Shown one piece after another: positions 1 to 13,400 of a DNA stretch of 64,000 bases. This stretch comes from Haliotis rufescens. Its lineage: Eukaryota. How positions within the stretch are numbered: the stretch's first letter is position 1; each line of letters begins with the position of its first letter. Below the pieces are notes generated by a model. The model was not told where the DNA came from. It searched no databases and worked only from the letters and a program-made list of their open reading frames with translations. Position numbers and translations under genes: made by a program. Where the stretch lies: the NCBI RefSeq assembly GCF_023055435.1, contig NW_025963868.1, positions 15,438,001-15,502,000 of the forward strand, in the 5' to 3' direction.

Positions 1-777
1 AGTGACATTTGAGTTGTTAAATCTCTTCCAGTGTACCGAGCGTGTCACACTATAACCTGTGTTATTTATTATTCTTGGTATATGAACCGTTAACATTGTT
101 TGATATATTAATTTAGGCTTTATAAATGTCACAAACTGTTTAGCCAATTTACCTCAGCGTTCTTAGTTTGTGTATTATGATCGTTATCAGGTCTACATCC
201 ATCCAATTGCCACAACATGTACAGATAATTCCAGCACTGCCAACAGAGCAATCAAGTTGTATTTGCGTGTGGTAATATAATGGGGAAGACTTTCCAAAAC
301 ACAAATACTATTACTTTTGAAAACAAAAAATTAATATTCAAATGCTCTCAAGTATAATATTTGTCCCCGTAATACTTTCTTTGAGAAAATTAGATACATT
401 TCTCAAAGACGAGTGACAGTATGAACCTATATTTTAATTTATCTCAAATTCGCCAATTATTTCCTAAGTGAATGCTCAAAGCACGATACCATTATTCCTA
501 CGGTCAGTTGATCTGTGTGCACTCGATTTTCATTCTGGGCTCCCTGGGGAGTATTTGACAAAAGCTGCTTACATTGAGTGCTAGATGGTTTACCTGACGA
601 ACACGGTGACCTTTGTGAACTGGTCTCCTTGAAACAATCCTGCAGTGACCAACATGTTTGTTCAGCTTCATCCTACTGACAGAGAACCCTGCCTCGTGTT
701 TCATTTCGTTTCTTAAATGCTGCTCTGTTTGGCTTTTTCTGTTGTTGTTTTTGATGAGTAAATGTTCTTCATTTTAG

Positions 778-1040
778 ATGGAACAACACAAATATCACAC
801 GAATCATCAACACCAAAGAGTCCTCCTAGTACCGAAGATCCTGAACGAGATATTACTCTTGGCATTGCTATTGGATTTTCTCTGCTCGCTGTTGTCATCT
901 TTGTTATCATTACCGTCCTCGTCGTACGCTATCGTGAAAGAATACGAAGTTACTTGGTGTCTGACAAGAAACAAAACGGACAAGAGGTCAATGTGACGGA
1001 CGTCGGCAATGAAATGGGACCCAGCTATGCTAACAACTGA
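778..1040 (+). CDS. Terminal exon of a type-I membrane protein (S/T/P stalk, TM, short tail ending SYANN); gene starts upstream of the window
   Basis: Acceptor ttcttcattttag|778 in phase 1. Encodes DGTTQISHESSTPKSPPSTEDPERD-ITLGIAIGFSLLAVVIFVIITVLVV-RYRER...GPSYANN*. Confidence 0.75.
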
Positions 1041-1377
1041 TTCCTAAGATTCCTGAGAGCTGTTGTTTGATACAGAGATCACAGCCCCAGACGAACGTAC
1101 ATACGTGCTGTGGCTGCCTGTTATCAGTGACTGAGCTTGTTCGGTTTAACACGGCCTTGAGCGTTATATCAGATGTGTGGGAGAAAGTCTTAGATACGCA
1201 TGACTTTGTGGAAACCCATTAGCAAGGACATGGTGCTGAAAAAAAAAATGATCATCACCAGTTTGAATTGAAATTCGAACACACGAGCACCACTTCGTAT
1301 TGCTGAGGAACTTATGTGACAGGGCCACCGGCACTCCCACCAGTTCAGAGTGAGAGTGATATAGCGACAGGAACAAC

Positions 1378-1380
1378 ACA

Positions 1381-1424
<44 letters not shown>

Positions 1425-1426
1425 CA
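1378..1426. repeat. (GCAC)n(AC)n microsatellite
   Basis: Read directly. Confidence 0.95.
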
Positions 1427-2140
1427 GATATATAATGTATTAAGATAATAAATAACAGCGATAAAATCCTTTCCGTCATTACACGAGATCTCCATTGTAC
1501 GATTCCTAATATATCATAAGCATGTTTTGATGAGTCACTATAAAATACTAGTAGTGATAATACCTTGAAAAGGTGTACGTATCCCACGTGTGACAAATGT
1601 CACACGCACAAGCAAAAGATTGAAAGGAGGACATCACAGGAATGATATGGAAAATACCAGGTCGAAGAAAAACGTGTTAAGTCAGGTATATCATTGGCTG
1701 TAGGTAATGCTATTTCGGTCCTCGGGGTCTTGCAATACATCTGATCTCTGCATGAGGCCCCTACAGAAACCAGTTATTGTATAAATAGATATACCTTAAT
1801 ACAATAGTCATACCATTAAATCTAACGTGTAATGCACAGAAAATGTATCATGATACTTTGTAGCTTACAGGAAGCTTAAAATGTATAGTAGTTGAAAGGA
1901 AACACATTTCTACACAAGATGCAGTTCGCAACAAGAAATCATTATAAAGTTGTGTTCAGCTGCTATTATATATGGTGGGTCCATTAACATGTGGCGTTCG
2001 ACCCCATAATATCGATTGTGATTAGAACCAAATAAGTATTTCAAAATAAATTAACGGGATCAAGTTACACGGGAGGCAGAAAGGCTAGTTTTGTAATCGA
2101 CATTTTACTTCCATAATATTAATGGAGTAAGAGTACTTCA

Positions 2141-2419
2141 TGAAGATCCGGGGTAGGATAGATCTTCAGCAATCCATGCTTGCTGTAAAAAGCGACTATG
2201 GTTAACGTTGTCGAAGAGACGACTAACGAGATCGGGTGGTTTGGCTCGCTGACTTGGTTCATGCATGTCATCGTATTCCATTTACGTAGATCGATGCTCA
2301 TGGTGTCAATCAATGGATTGTCTGGTCCAGACTCAATTATTTAGAGACCGCCGTCATATAGCTGGAATAGTACTGAGTGCGGTGTGAGTGCGGTGTTAAA
2401 CACCAAACAAACAAACAAA
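2141..2419 (+). mobile_element. SINE-like repeat family 1 with (CAAA)n tail; other copies at ~5369-5608(-), 9527-9727(+), 11455-11580(+), 33858-33994(+), 43620-43852(-)
   Basis: Shared core gcgactaacgggatcgggtggtcaggctcgctgacttggtt...gatcgatgctcatg...gaccgccgtcatatagctggaata recurs across the window. Confidence 0.8.
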
Positions 2420-2599
2420 TCATTTCCCGATGAACGTCAGTATGTCACGTGATAACGTCATCAATCGAGTGGAGAGATACAGAACTACTTAAGGGGAATT
2501 CCTCAATGTCTAAAAATAACATTAAAATGGGACGGTATCTTCATACGACAATTTCTTTTAGATGCAAAATGCAAAATCAAAACTTACTTTTCAAATAAA

Positions 2600-2830
2600 T
2601 AACGCATATGGCTACCGTTGAATCAGAAATATGGCCTAATTGCAAACATTAGGGAAAACTAGTTTCAATCTTTCATGGCTGATGTATCTAAATATTCACA
2701 GTCTTCAAAATGGTACACAGCCCACTTTCTGAGACCGACATTGATTCAGGCTATGAATGAAGCAGGCTTTGAAGCCAGACAGATCATGCCCATGTCAGGG
2801 CACCAAAATGAAGCGGCGCCTCCAGAGGTA
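2600..2830 (+). mobile_element. Crypton-type tyrosine recombinase fragment
   Basis: YTAHFLRPTLIQAMNEAGFEARQIMPMSGHQNE matches the HxxR...GH catalytic region of tyrosine recombinases; frame breaks before the catalytic Tyr. Confidence 0.65.
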
Positions 2831-3004
2831 ATCCTCGTCATCCCCAAATTTCACACAACGTTCCTAATAGTCGATTTGCAGCATTAACCATGTCTGGATT
2901 TCTTTCCAATTCAAACTTTTCTGGGAGCTATTCGCTAACTTCTGTTTCAAGTAAATGACGTTGCCGTAGCCCCCATTTTATGACGTTTGTAAAACCAAGG
3001 GACG

Positions 3005-4076
3005 TGCTGTCCATTGTCACCCTTCAGTGCTGTCCATTGTCACCCTTCAGTGTTGTCCATTGTCACCCTTCAGTGCTGTCCATTGTCACCCTTCAGTGTT
3101 GTCTATTGTCACCCTTCTGTGTTGTCCATTGTCACCCTTCAGTGCTGTCCATTGTCACCCTTCTGTGTTGTCCATTGTCACCCTTCAGTGTTGTCCATTG
3201 TCACCCTTCAGTGCTGTCCATTGTCACCCTTCTGTGTTGTCCATTGTCACCCTTCAGTGTTGTCCATTGTCACCCTTCTGTGTTGTCCATTGTCACCCTT
3301 CTGTGTTGTCCATTGTCACCCTTCTGTGTTGTCCATTGTCACCCTTCAGTGTTGTCCATTGTCACCCTTCAGTGTTGTCCATTGTCACCCTTCAGTGTTG
3401 TCCATTGTCACCCTTCAGTGTTGTCTATTGTCACCCTTCTGTGTTGTCCATTGTCACCCTTCAGTGTTGTCTATTGTCACCCTTCTGTGTTGTCCATTGT
3501 CACCCTTCTGTGTTGTCCATTGTCACCCTTCAGTTTTGTCCATTGTCACCCTTCTGTGTTGTCCATTGTCACCCTTCAGTGTTGTCTATTGTCACCCTTC
3601 TGTGTTGTCCATTGTCACCCTTCAGTGTTGTCCATTGTCACCCTTCAGTGTTGTCCATTGTCACCCTTCAGTGTTGTCTATTGTCACCCTTCTGTGTTGT
3701 CCATTGTCACCCTTCAGTGTTGTCTATTGTCACCCTTCTGTGTTGTCCATTGTCACCCTTCTGTGTTGTCCATTGTCACCCTTCAGTTTTGTTCATTGTC
3801 ACCCTTCAGTGTTGTCCATTGTCACCCTTCTGTGTTGTCTATTGTCACCCTTCTGTGTTGTCCATTGTCACCCTTCTGTGTTGTCCATTGTCACCCTTCT
3901 GTGTTGTCCATTGTCACCCTTCAGTTTTGTCCATTGTCACCCTTCAGTGTTGGCTATTGTCACCCTTCTGTGTTGTCCATTGTCACCCTTCTGTGTTGTC
4001 CATTGTCACCCTTCTGTGTTGTCCATTGTCACCCTTCTGTGTTGTCCATTGTCACCCTTCAGTGCTGTGCATTGTC
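3005..4076. repeat. 23-bp minisatellite (TGTCCATTGTCACCCTTCWGTGY), ~46 copies
   Basis: Period read directly, e.g. units at 3031 and 3054. Confidence 0.97.
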
Positions 4077-7000
4077 TCAATAATCTCTCCTCTCCTCTGA
4101 CACTACTGGACAGATAGGTTTGACACTTTACATGCATGTCTCGGTCCAAATGCTCCCTGCTATGATGACCTGGTTTTGGTTGCTAGCGAGCTTTAGGTCG
4201 TTTTTATTTTGTGTTTTTGAATAATAGTTTCTTTTTTAAAATGTCCTCAAAGTAATGTTATAATAAAATTGTGTCATACGGCAAGTTGTTGTAGTGTCCA
4301 TCGCTAACAATTTGTTATATACATTTAATAATGTATAACATTATTTCGTCAGATATGGCCTAAATTATGTCGATGTGACTATAAATTTTAACTCACTCTC
4401 TCACACTTGAAAAGAGTGCACACAGTCTACAGTTTAACAATGATTGTTTATCGCTTGATGTAAGACATTATTGGAATACATTGTAAAATATATTCTTTAT
4501 CTTGCAAACAAACCCCCTATATTTACACCATTGTACATTGTAATCTTGTTTTCCATCACCCACTAGTATGAAATACATACCCGACTGAGTAATGTTGACT
4601 CCTTCATAAAGCTACGTCTGACTGAGAGGAAAAGCCTTCTGTAAAACGTTGTCTACATTGTGCATGATATAGTACAAAGGAAGCTTAATTATTGAAATAT
4701 GGATTGAACTACGATGTGTTACGATGCATGTGAAAGTCCTTATCATAATTCCATGCTGTGTTGACTATCTACAGAGGATTTATATACATTATTGATGAAT
4801 AATCTACACGTTGCGTTTTGCTTTGATCAATGTAGTATTGTTATTCAAATAGTTTATATATTGTATATAATCGTAAAATACATGTCACACTTGATTATGA
4901 TCTCTGACCTTAGGATTGCCCCTTACTTTGAATGCAATAAGCATATGGCAAGTGATGTCTTAAGTGTTTGCATACCTTCAGTTGATAAAGACACACGTTT
5001 CTTACCTGCATATATCATTGTAAATCTATTTGTAAGTAAGTCTGTTGGTGAATCTGCGAGCGAATATTGTTTAACGCTGCAACCAGGCACAATATTCGAG
5101 TTCTATCCACGTCTTGTGTGAGCAATGACACGTCACAGTGTGACTATAGGAACCCCATGAGGTAGACGAATTGTACACAGAAAGTTATCTCTTTATTATA
5201 ATTAGTATCAGAAGTGCTTTAAGTCCCTGTGACATTTCTAACCTGACACCAACCCCATGCTAGTTCACGCCCATATGGGTCCACTCAGCTGCTCTCTGCA
5301 AAATAGTATAGGCAAATATATAAAAACGAGAAAATCCTTTCAAAAATCATGAGATCATGAGATCGAGGTTGGTTTGTTGGCTGGTTTGTTGTTTAACGCC
5401 GCACTCAGCAATATTCCAGCTATATGACGGCGGTCTGTAAAAAATCAGACAATCCGGTGATTGACAGCATGAGCATCGATCCACGCAATTGGGATCGATG
5501 ACATGCATCAACCAAGTCAGCGAGCCTGTCCACCCGATCCCGTTAGTCGCCTTTTACGACAAGCATGGGTTGCTGAAGACCTATTCTACCCTGGAATCTT
5601 CACGGGTCTACGAATAAGGGACTTAATACTACACAGTGAATACTGGCACCTTTAACGACTGGATCACCGATGACCCCGCCAATGAAGCGTGAGTGATTTG
5701 AAAATGTACACCGCAGAGTCAATATAGCGACAGGAACAAGTTATAAAAGATAAAACTGTTGACAAGGGGTAACAGAACAGTATACTCAATATATACCGCT
5801 CGCTTAATATAGAATGATCTTAATAAGTTTTTTGTCAAAATATCTTTGGCATTGAAACACCCGTGAGGAACATATGACTGCAATGATCGGCAATATGGAG
5901 TGAAAATAAAGCGATAAAAACCTTCCTACACCCAATGACACGCATAGGCTAACTTTGAATTCTATAAATGAGTATTTCATTTAGTTTGATTGACACAATG
6001 ATGGCACTTAGCATGGTGATAGTCAAATGTTTTGTAGACATAATGGCCATAATAATTATCCTGTCACAAGACACGTACACGGGGGGTCGATCCCCGGCCG
6101 CGTCATACCAAAAGACGTTAAAGATGGCACTTGTTGATACCCTTCCTGTCGCTTTGCATTAAGTAAGGGGCAAGGGACCACCTCTCGCAGGCGAATCCTG
6201 ATTGTTTGGCCTGAGCCCTCCTCAAACCAGGCACGTCCTGCAGTCTCGGTGGCAGAAGCATGTCGATGACGAAGGTGAAAGACCCGGATGTAGCGATCTT
6301 GTGCCGGGATGTGACTCCTGGCCTACCATTTCTCGGGTGATCTTGGGTTGAACTGAGGCGGGTACACCGACCCCATCAGCGATATATGGTGCTCTGGTGT
6401 ACGGTGAAATGATGTGCAACTGCAGACAGAGACTCTTCAGCTTCAAGACGTCCTATGGCGTTGTTGCAATGGGCAGCATTCAGTCTCGGCATTTTCCCAC
6501 CAACATATCGACAATCGTATTACAAAATGTTTTTGGCATTTCATAGTAATTGTCATTGCACATGATTGTCACGACTTGCACGTGCATTCTACTTTTCATT
6601 TCATTTCCATGTTATTTTCGTGCACATTTTCGTCTTATACAAACTGCTGCCTGATGCTACAAAAGTTTAAAACGGTTGCGTACACCAGTTACCGAACTTG
6701 TGACTAAAATCGTTCATTCACAAATATTGCATTTTTATTTAATGATTTATCAATAAACAAAATCATCATTCTCATTATCTCCTATGTGTTTCTTTTTTGA
6801 AGACTTTACAATCATATTGTATTAAGCAGATGTGCCAGGGTCAGATACCTCAGGGCACCGGAAGTCCAGCTGACCTGGAACTCAGCCATGATAACTGATA
6901 AATATTTGTAATAAACTGAATATGAGTTCGGTCACCTCCTTAAGACAAACAAAGAATGTCACTCAAATGATGAATCAAGCATTATCTTTTGAGCCACGAC

Positions 7001-8584
7001 TTTCAAATAAAAAGAATCGACCAAAACATTTCCATAATCATAAGAAATTTCCATTGTACGATTCCAACTATATCATAAGCAAGTGTTTATGAATCACTAT
7101 AACATAGTGATAATACCAGGTGTTCGTGAAGGGGGGAGCGTATCCTGCATCCCTGGTGGCACATTGCAAGGGCAAGTCAATTGTTCACCTGAAGAAAACA
7201 CAGAAACATATCTTACATCATTGACGCAACGCATTTGGAGATGTCCTCTTCGTGTCCAACATAACATCTTTAGAAATGCCTTGAATGTAGTAGCCCTGAT
7301 CAAACAACTGTTGAGCAAGAGTCATACAGGCTGCCAAACGTCTAAAGAAACATGAATTCTGATCAGAACAGAACTCTTCAAAGTTACACCTGATCTTGGT
7401 CTTTTCTTGAAATCTATTGTTGTCATCTAGATAGAATGAATCGATAAAATGTAATTAGTGTAATAGTTTCAACATTGATATTTTATTGAAAGTATAATAT
7501 GAACCGTTTCTTACCCTTTATTTGGAGGTAAGCATTAGCGACAATCAAGAGACTCATCTGGCAGTTGGTCAAGGTTTTTGCTAACACTTATGAAATATAC
7601 AATACACTGTCATGACTTAAGGCCTTATATCGGCACATTGTAAAGGAGACACGGATTTACATCATAAAGAACGGATTGGACAGATCCTTCATCCAAACCC
7701 CCTCAGAATAGGTCCACGGGAATACAATGATAACACAGTGCATCCAAGGGATCGGGTGGCCACGCTCAGTGACCTGATTGATTGCGTGTTATCGTACGCC
7801 GAGAGCTTGGGACGTTACTTATTATGCTATCTGTGACTGGTTGGTTCAGAAGGTGGGTCCAGCCAGATACACATTTAAAACACAGACGTAACAAGGAACA
7901 TACAACATTAAGAGCATTTACGGTATTAAACGTAAACGATACAAGTGTTGTAGATATTAAAACATTGGGATTTAACATTTCAAAGAGTAAGAGACGGAAG
8001 ACCAAGAAAGAGCAACACCATCCAAGTGATTGCTGGCGTTTCTGGGACATCCACTGATAAACGGTTCAGAAGGATAAATGGGGGGGGACTTGTGCAAACT
8101 GGGTACTCACATGACCGCATCGCAGCCAGGAACGTAACATCCTCGAGAGATGCGAACGGGTTAATGGATGGTGTCATGTAGCCTCTAAGTCTGTCGACGG
8201 TCGTATCTTTACGGTTGTTTAACGTGTCCAAGACTCCACATTAAATAATATGAAAGGGGTGGGATTTACGACAGTTGTTGCTTAACGAACCCTTTGTGAA
8301 CGCTGAACATATCGTAATGATGTCATTATAAGTGCCACAGAAGAGGGACTTGCGTATTTACGCCATCAATGTCCCATTATTAAAGCACTAAGCATGCACT
8401 ATACTTGTCAGACATAACATACTCCAAGATTAATAGCAACACGAATGCAGGACTTGGATTTCAATTTCTTTATTCTTTCATTGCGACTTTTCGGCACTGG
8501 TACCTTTAGCGAAACAAAATCCTTGAAACAAAGGTTTGTCGAAAGAGTGCTTGGAATAGAATAAGTTCTATTGTTGTTGTCTGT

Positions 8585-8730
8585 NNNNNNNNNNNNNNNN
8601 NNNNNNNNNNNNNNNNNNNNNNNNNNNNNNNNNNNNNNNNNNNNNNNNNNNNNNNNNNNNNNNNNNNNNNNNNNNNNNNNNNNNNNNNNNNNNNNNNNNN
8701 NNNNNNNNNNNNNNNNNNNNNNNNNNNNNN
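8585..8730. other. Assembly gap
   Basis: Run of N. Confidence 1.
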
Positions 8731-8734
8731 AAAT

Positions 8735-9470
8735 TGTTTTTAAATTGTTGCGTGATCTCTCCTTGCTATGTATGGAGACTGTATAGTGGATCCACTCGTA
8801 ACGCTGTTCAAAACTCCTCTGAAGATGAAATACTTTGTTTCTGGAATTTCTTTTTCTTTATCAAGAAATAAATGCTTTTTCTGTCTACAAATATATTGGT
8901 ATGTATTTCTAGTTGTAATAGAGCTTGATAGTGACACTTTTTCTTTATGTCTCCTGAAGTTCTTCAGACAAGCACTTCGAGCTTTTGTTAATAACTCACA
9001 TTCCCAGTCAAACCATTGCTTGTTTTCTTTATCTGATTTAATTTCCCGCTTCATAATTCGCCAGCATATTTAAGTGCATGAGTAACTATTCCTATGCCCT
9101 CATCAATTTTTGTAAGTAAAAAATCGAAAGTGGTTTCAATCATACACGAAAATATATCGGATAAAAGATTATTAAGAAAAACTCCACCCATTCTATAATC
9201 CGATCTAAATTTTAAATGACTTTGTTTATGGTTGGTTTTAATCCTGGATGAAGCGCTCGTTAGGCCATTTTGTGTCGAAGATGCTGTGACTCATGTCGTG
9301 AAATTAAATAAAATCTTTTAAGATATGAAAAAATATCTCATTATTCTCATGATCAATTACACTTGTTATCCTGTACTACTAATATAAGTAAAATCCCCTT
9401 TGCCCGAATCCCTGCCACATCGCCTATTCAATATATGAGCATTTAAACATGCACATAAGTTGATCAAACA
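8735..9470 (-). mobile_element. Decayed LINE fragment (endonuclease/RT linker), related to 37430-41330
   Basis: KQWFDWECELL matches KKWFDIECEFL at 38338; upstream GRDSGKGDFTYIS-like endonuclease segment. Confidence 0.65.
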
Positions 9471-10437
9471 TGTGCAGGGTTTACACCGTATAACCATACT
9501 TTCTATAGGTTCACGCTGTCACATGCAAGACCCATGCAGATCCGGGGTAGAATAGGCCTTCACAAACCCGTGCTTGCCGTAAAAAGCGACTATGCTTGTC
9601 GTAAGAGGCGACTAACGGGATCGGGTGGTCAGGCTCGCTGACTTGGTTGGTGCATGTCATCGAATCCAAATTGCGTGGGTCGATGCTCATGATGTCAAAC
9701 AACAAACAAACAAACATGCAAACAAACCCCAACCAAAACGATCTTTTTATCTTGAGCACTATAATTTCAGTTATTGATTTCAGCGTACTATCCTGCTCGT
9801 GATAGGGAAATATATGCATTGTAATATAATGTGTTATTATTGTATACTTGATTATTTGATAACATCCTTATGTAATACTTTACACGATCATTTGTCAGTA
9901 TTAATACAGTGTAACTATTGGTTTTAGACGTCTATAATTCACCGTTGTTCTAAATACACAGAAAATGTAAGTATTTTCAGTTAGTATATTTCGCAATGTA
10001 TGCAATCAAAATATGTCTGTCTAATCGGAGAATGCAAGGTTTATAGGTGTTCCTCTATAACTTTTAAATAGATAAAATATTAACCAAAACTATATAAAAC
10101 AGAAAGCTATTTTCGCGAATATCTTTAATACTTCCGAAAAACAAGTAAACCGCATCGAATATAGTATATCGAGGTATGGTCATAGTGAGTGAGTTTGGGA
10201 TTAACACGTCTTCAACAGTATATCATTTATGTCATGGCTTCACTGCTTAATGTTAAATTAGATCACGAAGTAGGGCGGGTCGTGCAGGATCTGAGACTGG
10301 AAACCCCTTCCCTCACTGTGTGTCTTTGTCCACTGACCCCGCGTGATCCCCGTCAGGTCCATATTCTTTCACTGAAATGCCTCCAAATGTACGTATTTGA
10401 CTGTTGTTTGTCCACATTGTCGCTTTCTTTACAGAGG

Positions 10438-13400
10438 ATGTCAGTTACATTTGCGGAGCAGTCATTGAAGACCTTGATCTATCTGGAAGTCACTGCACTA
10501 GCTGGTTTGAGTAAACAATATTATATTTTGATATTTATCAATATTTTATATTTATAAAAAAACCCAAACATTTGATGAATTGATACATGCTGTCAACTCA
10601 CCTTTGCAACATTGTAGAATTCTACAAAAGTAACGAATAATCATGTTGTCCAAGTTTTAAGTACCCCATGATTTCCTGCGCTGCGTCTAAAAACAGTATG
10701 TAGTAATACATAACCCAAGAAACAAAAGCTTTCAGAAAAGTCACTAGTTCGCTCGATTTAAGCTGTTGACTGTTGACAGCGTCGTCCATACTGTACGACC
10801 TCACCTCAGACCCGATGCCGGCCGTGGGAGAGAGGCCATTCAGTCTGACCTGTAGGCACAGCAGGGGCAACACCATAGCAACAGCACTCTGGTACAGGAA
10901 CTCCGTGAAGATGTTCCAAACAAGTCACCAGAATCCAACATCTGTTCTTGACAAGAACAGTGACCACGTGGAATACCTCTCAGTTGCTGAACGTATCGCT
11001 GTGGCAGCACACCTCCTTGGCCACACCCTCGTCCTAACCATCAACTCCACGCTTGATGCCGGGTCGGTGTGGACGTGCAGCAACGGCCCAGCGTTCAGCA
11101 ATGTTGTAAGGATCCAAGGACTTGGACTACTGCCTTGTAAGAAAGCAACCATTTGATTTTCGGGGCGTGAAGAGATTTGATCCTAATATATAATTAAGCC
11201 CCTGTTTTACTTAAAATAAGTTACACATGCCCTACCCTGTAGGAAACAAATAATGTGTCTTTACGGTCTATATTAAATATATTATATTAAAGTATCCAAA
11301 GAAGACACTGTGTTAATTCTATTTGGTGAAAACAATAGAGCACCTGTTTGTGATTGAGCTCCAACACATGTCTCCAACCTGCAGGGTTCAAATCATCCCT
11401 TCAGTGGTTGGACATGTAGGAAACCGTCGTACTTTATTTAATCATTCAGCAACCAATTCTTGCGGTAAGGGGCGACTATGGTTGTCGTGAGAGGCGACTA
11501 ACGGGGTCGGGTGGTAAGACTCGCTGAATTGGCTGATGCATGTCATCGTATCCCAGTTGCGGCATTAAACAAAAACAAAATAGTTTAATCATGTTTCTCA
11601 AAAATAATTTAACTGATTCATAGATTAGAAATATGTTCTTTGTACACTGTGACTGATCTTCTTTTACAAAAAATAGTAAAGTTTGATAACAGAGATTGTC
11701 AAAAAGGGTTGAAGATCCATAACATTATTAATAAAGCCGGTTATTAACATCCAAAACAAATATATTGAGATTTCAATACAGGGGCATCCTAAACCTCATA
11801 TAAACGTTGAAGGGTATAACTTGCAATCCCATTCAATGCTTGAGTCGACGCCCGGGCGATATGAATCTAGTTAGTCCCATAAAAGGGTCAATAAAGTTTC
11901 GCAATTAATCCACGGATTATTTGCGAAATAAAGTAGCAAGACTTTTACGTTTAAGTGTATGTACATGTGGATCATGCTAATTTACTACAATAAAACAAAT
12001 TAAACACAGGCGTGTATGCAAACAAGATAACATTCTGTATTTATATCTAACAAATGTATTCACTGCAAAATGTTGACAAATTCTGGGTATAAAAGACAAA
12101 TTAGCTGTGAAAATTATAGGAATGGATCAACTGCATATCAGCAAAAACCTATTTAATAACTATACTTAAAGTATAAATAAATTATTAGAATGACAGATGA
12201 TTATTAATGTTAACAGTGTGACCACACTAATTAGGATGTCTCTCCATATTTACCCAAGTACACACATCAGGTGTGATCACACCATTGTCCCCAGCAGTAG
12301 GGGTGTTAGGGAAACCTAGTAGTTACCCAGAAGACCCAGGTTCGATTCCCACAAGGATACAATGCGTGAAGCCCATTCAGCGCTGTGATATTGCTAAAAA
12401 CGGAGAAAAACCATAATCATTCATCCCCTCATAGCAATGTTTATCAAACTACACGTACTACATGCAAGTAAATATATCCCGGTACATGTAGATTTTATAA
12501 GACAAGAGACAAAATGCAAGTCGATCATAAATCAAATATCAAAAAGAATATTTAAGATAACCTTATCATGGCATTTGCAGTATTACGTCATATACCAATC
12601 AAAACAAGTTGAGGAACACCAACAAATTAAGCCCCTATCACATTTACGACTTTTATGAAGTAAAAACACATTAGTCACTAAAATTGAAGGACACAACAAA
12701 ATGACTCCCTCAACCCCCACCCTTATATTAAATAGTTCGCCCCTTAATGGTTATAATTTGTGGTCTAACAACTTATATGTAAATGTTGTTTTACGTATAT
12801 ACTTTTCATCGTGGAGAAACATATAAACATGACACAGGCCACCATCATGGTGGCCGAGAGGGGATATTGTCATGTTGTCGTTTAATCACGGCCGTAGTTT
12901 AAGGCGATAAAGCGATGTCCCCTCTCGGTCACCATAGTACACAGAAGGTAGTTCAACTTGTTAGGCTATATAGCCAGATAGCATGATAACTATCATTTTA
13001 TCAATAAATTATATGAACAATTACCATATATTATCGCTTTCTCTCGTCTCGTGTTAGCGTTTTCTACTTTGTTGCTATCGCTTTCTCGTCTTGTGTCATC
13101 GCTTTATCGACGCCATGACTGAAGGCGATAATGCAATGTTCCCTCTCGGCCACCATACTTTCTGGCTTCTATCGCTATTTCGCTCTCTCGCCTTCTCATG
13201 ATCAGTTTATCGCGTTCTCGTCTCGTGCTATCGCTTTCTCTTCTCGTGCTATTGCTTTCTCGTCTCGTGTTATCGCTTTATCGCTGTCTCGCGATGTCCC
13301 CTCCAGGCCACCATAGCAACTACCCAATAGCGAGGTGGTGGAAAGTGAATTGTTGTGTACACAGAAGGTGGATCACCTTGTAAAGGAAAGTGTTGTTATC

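Noticed and set aside
2980-4117. Three ~360-aa Cys-rich ORFs
   Set aside because: All three frames are open because of a stop-free 23-bp repeat.
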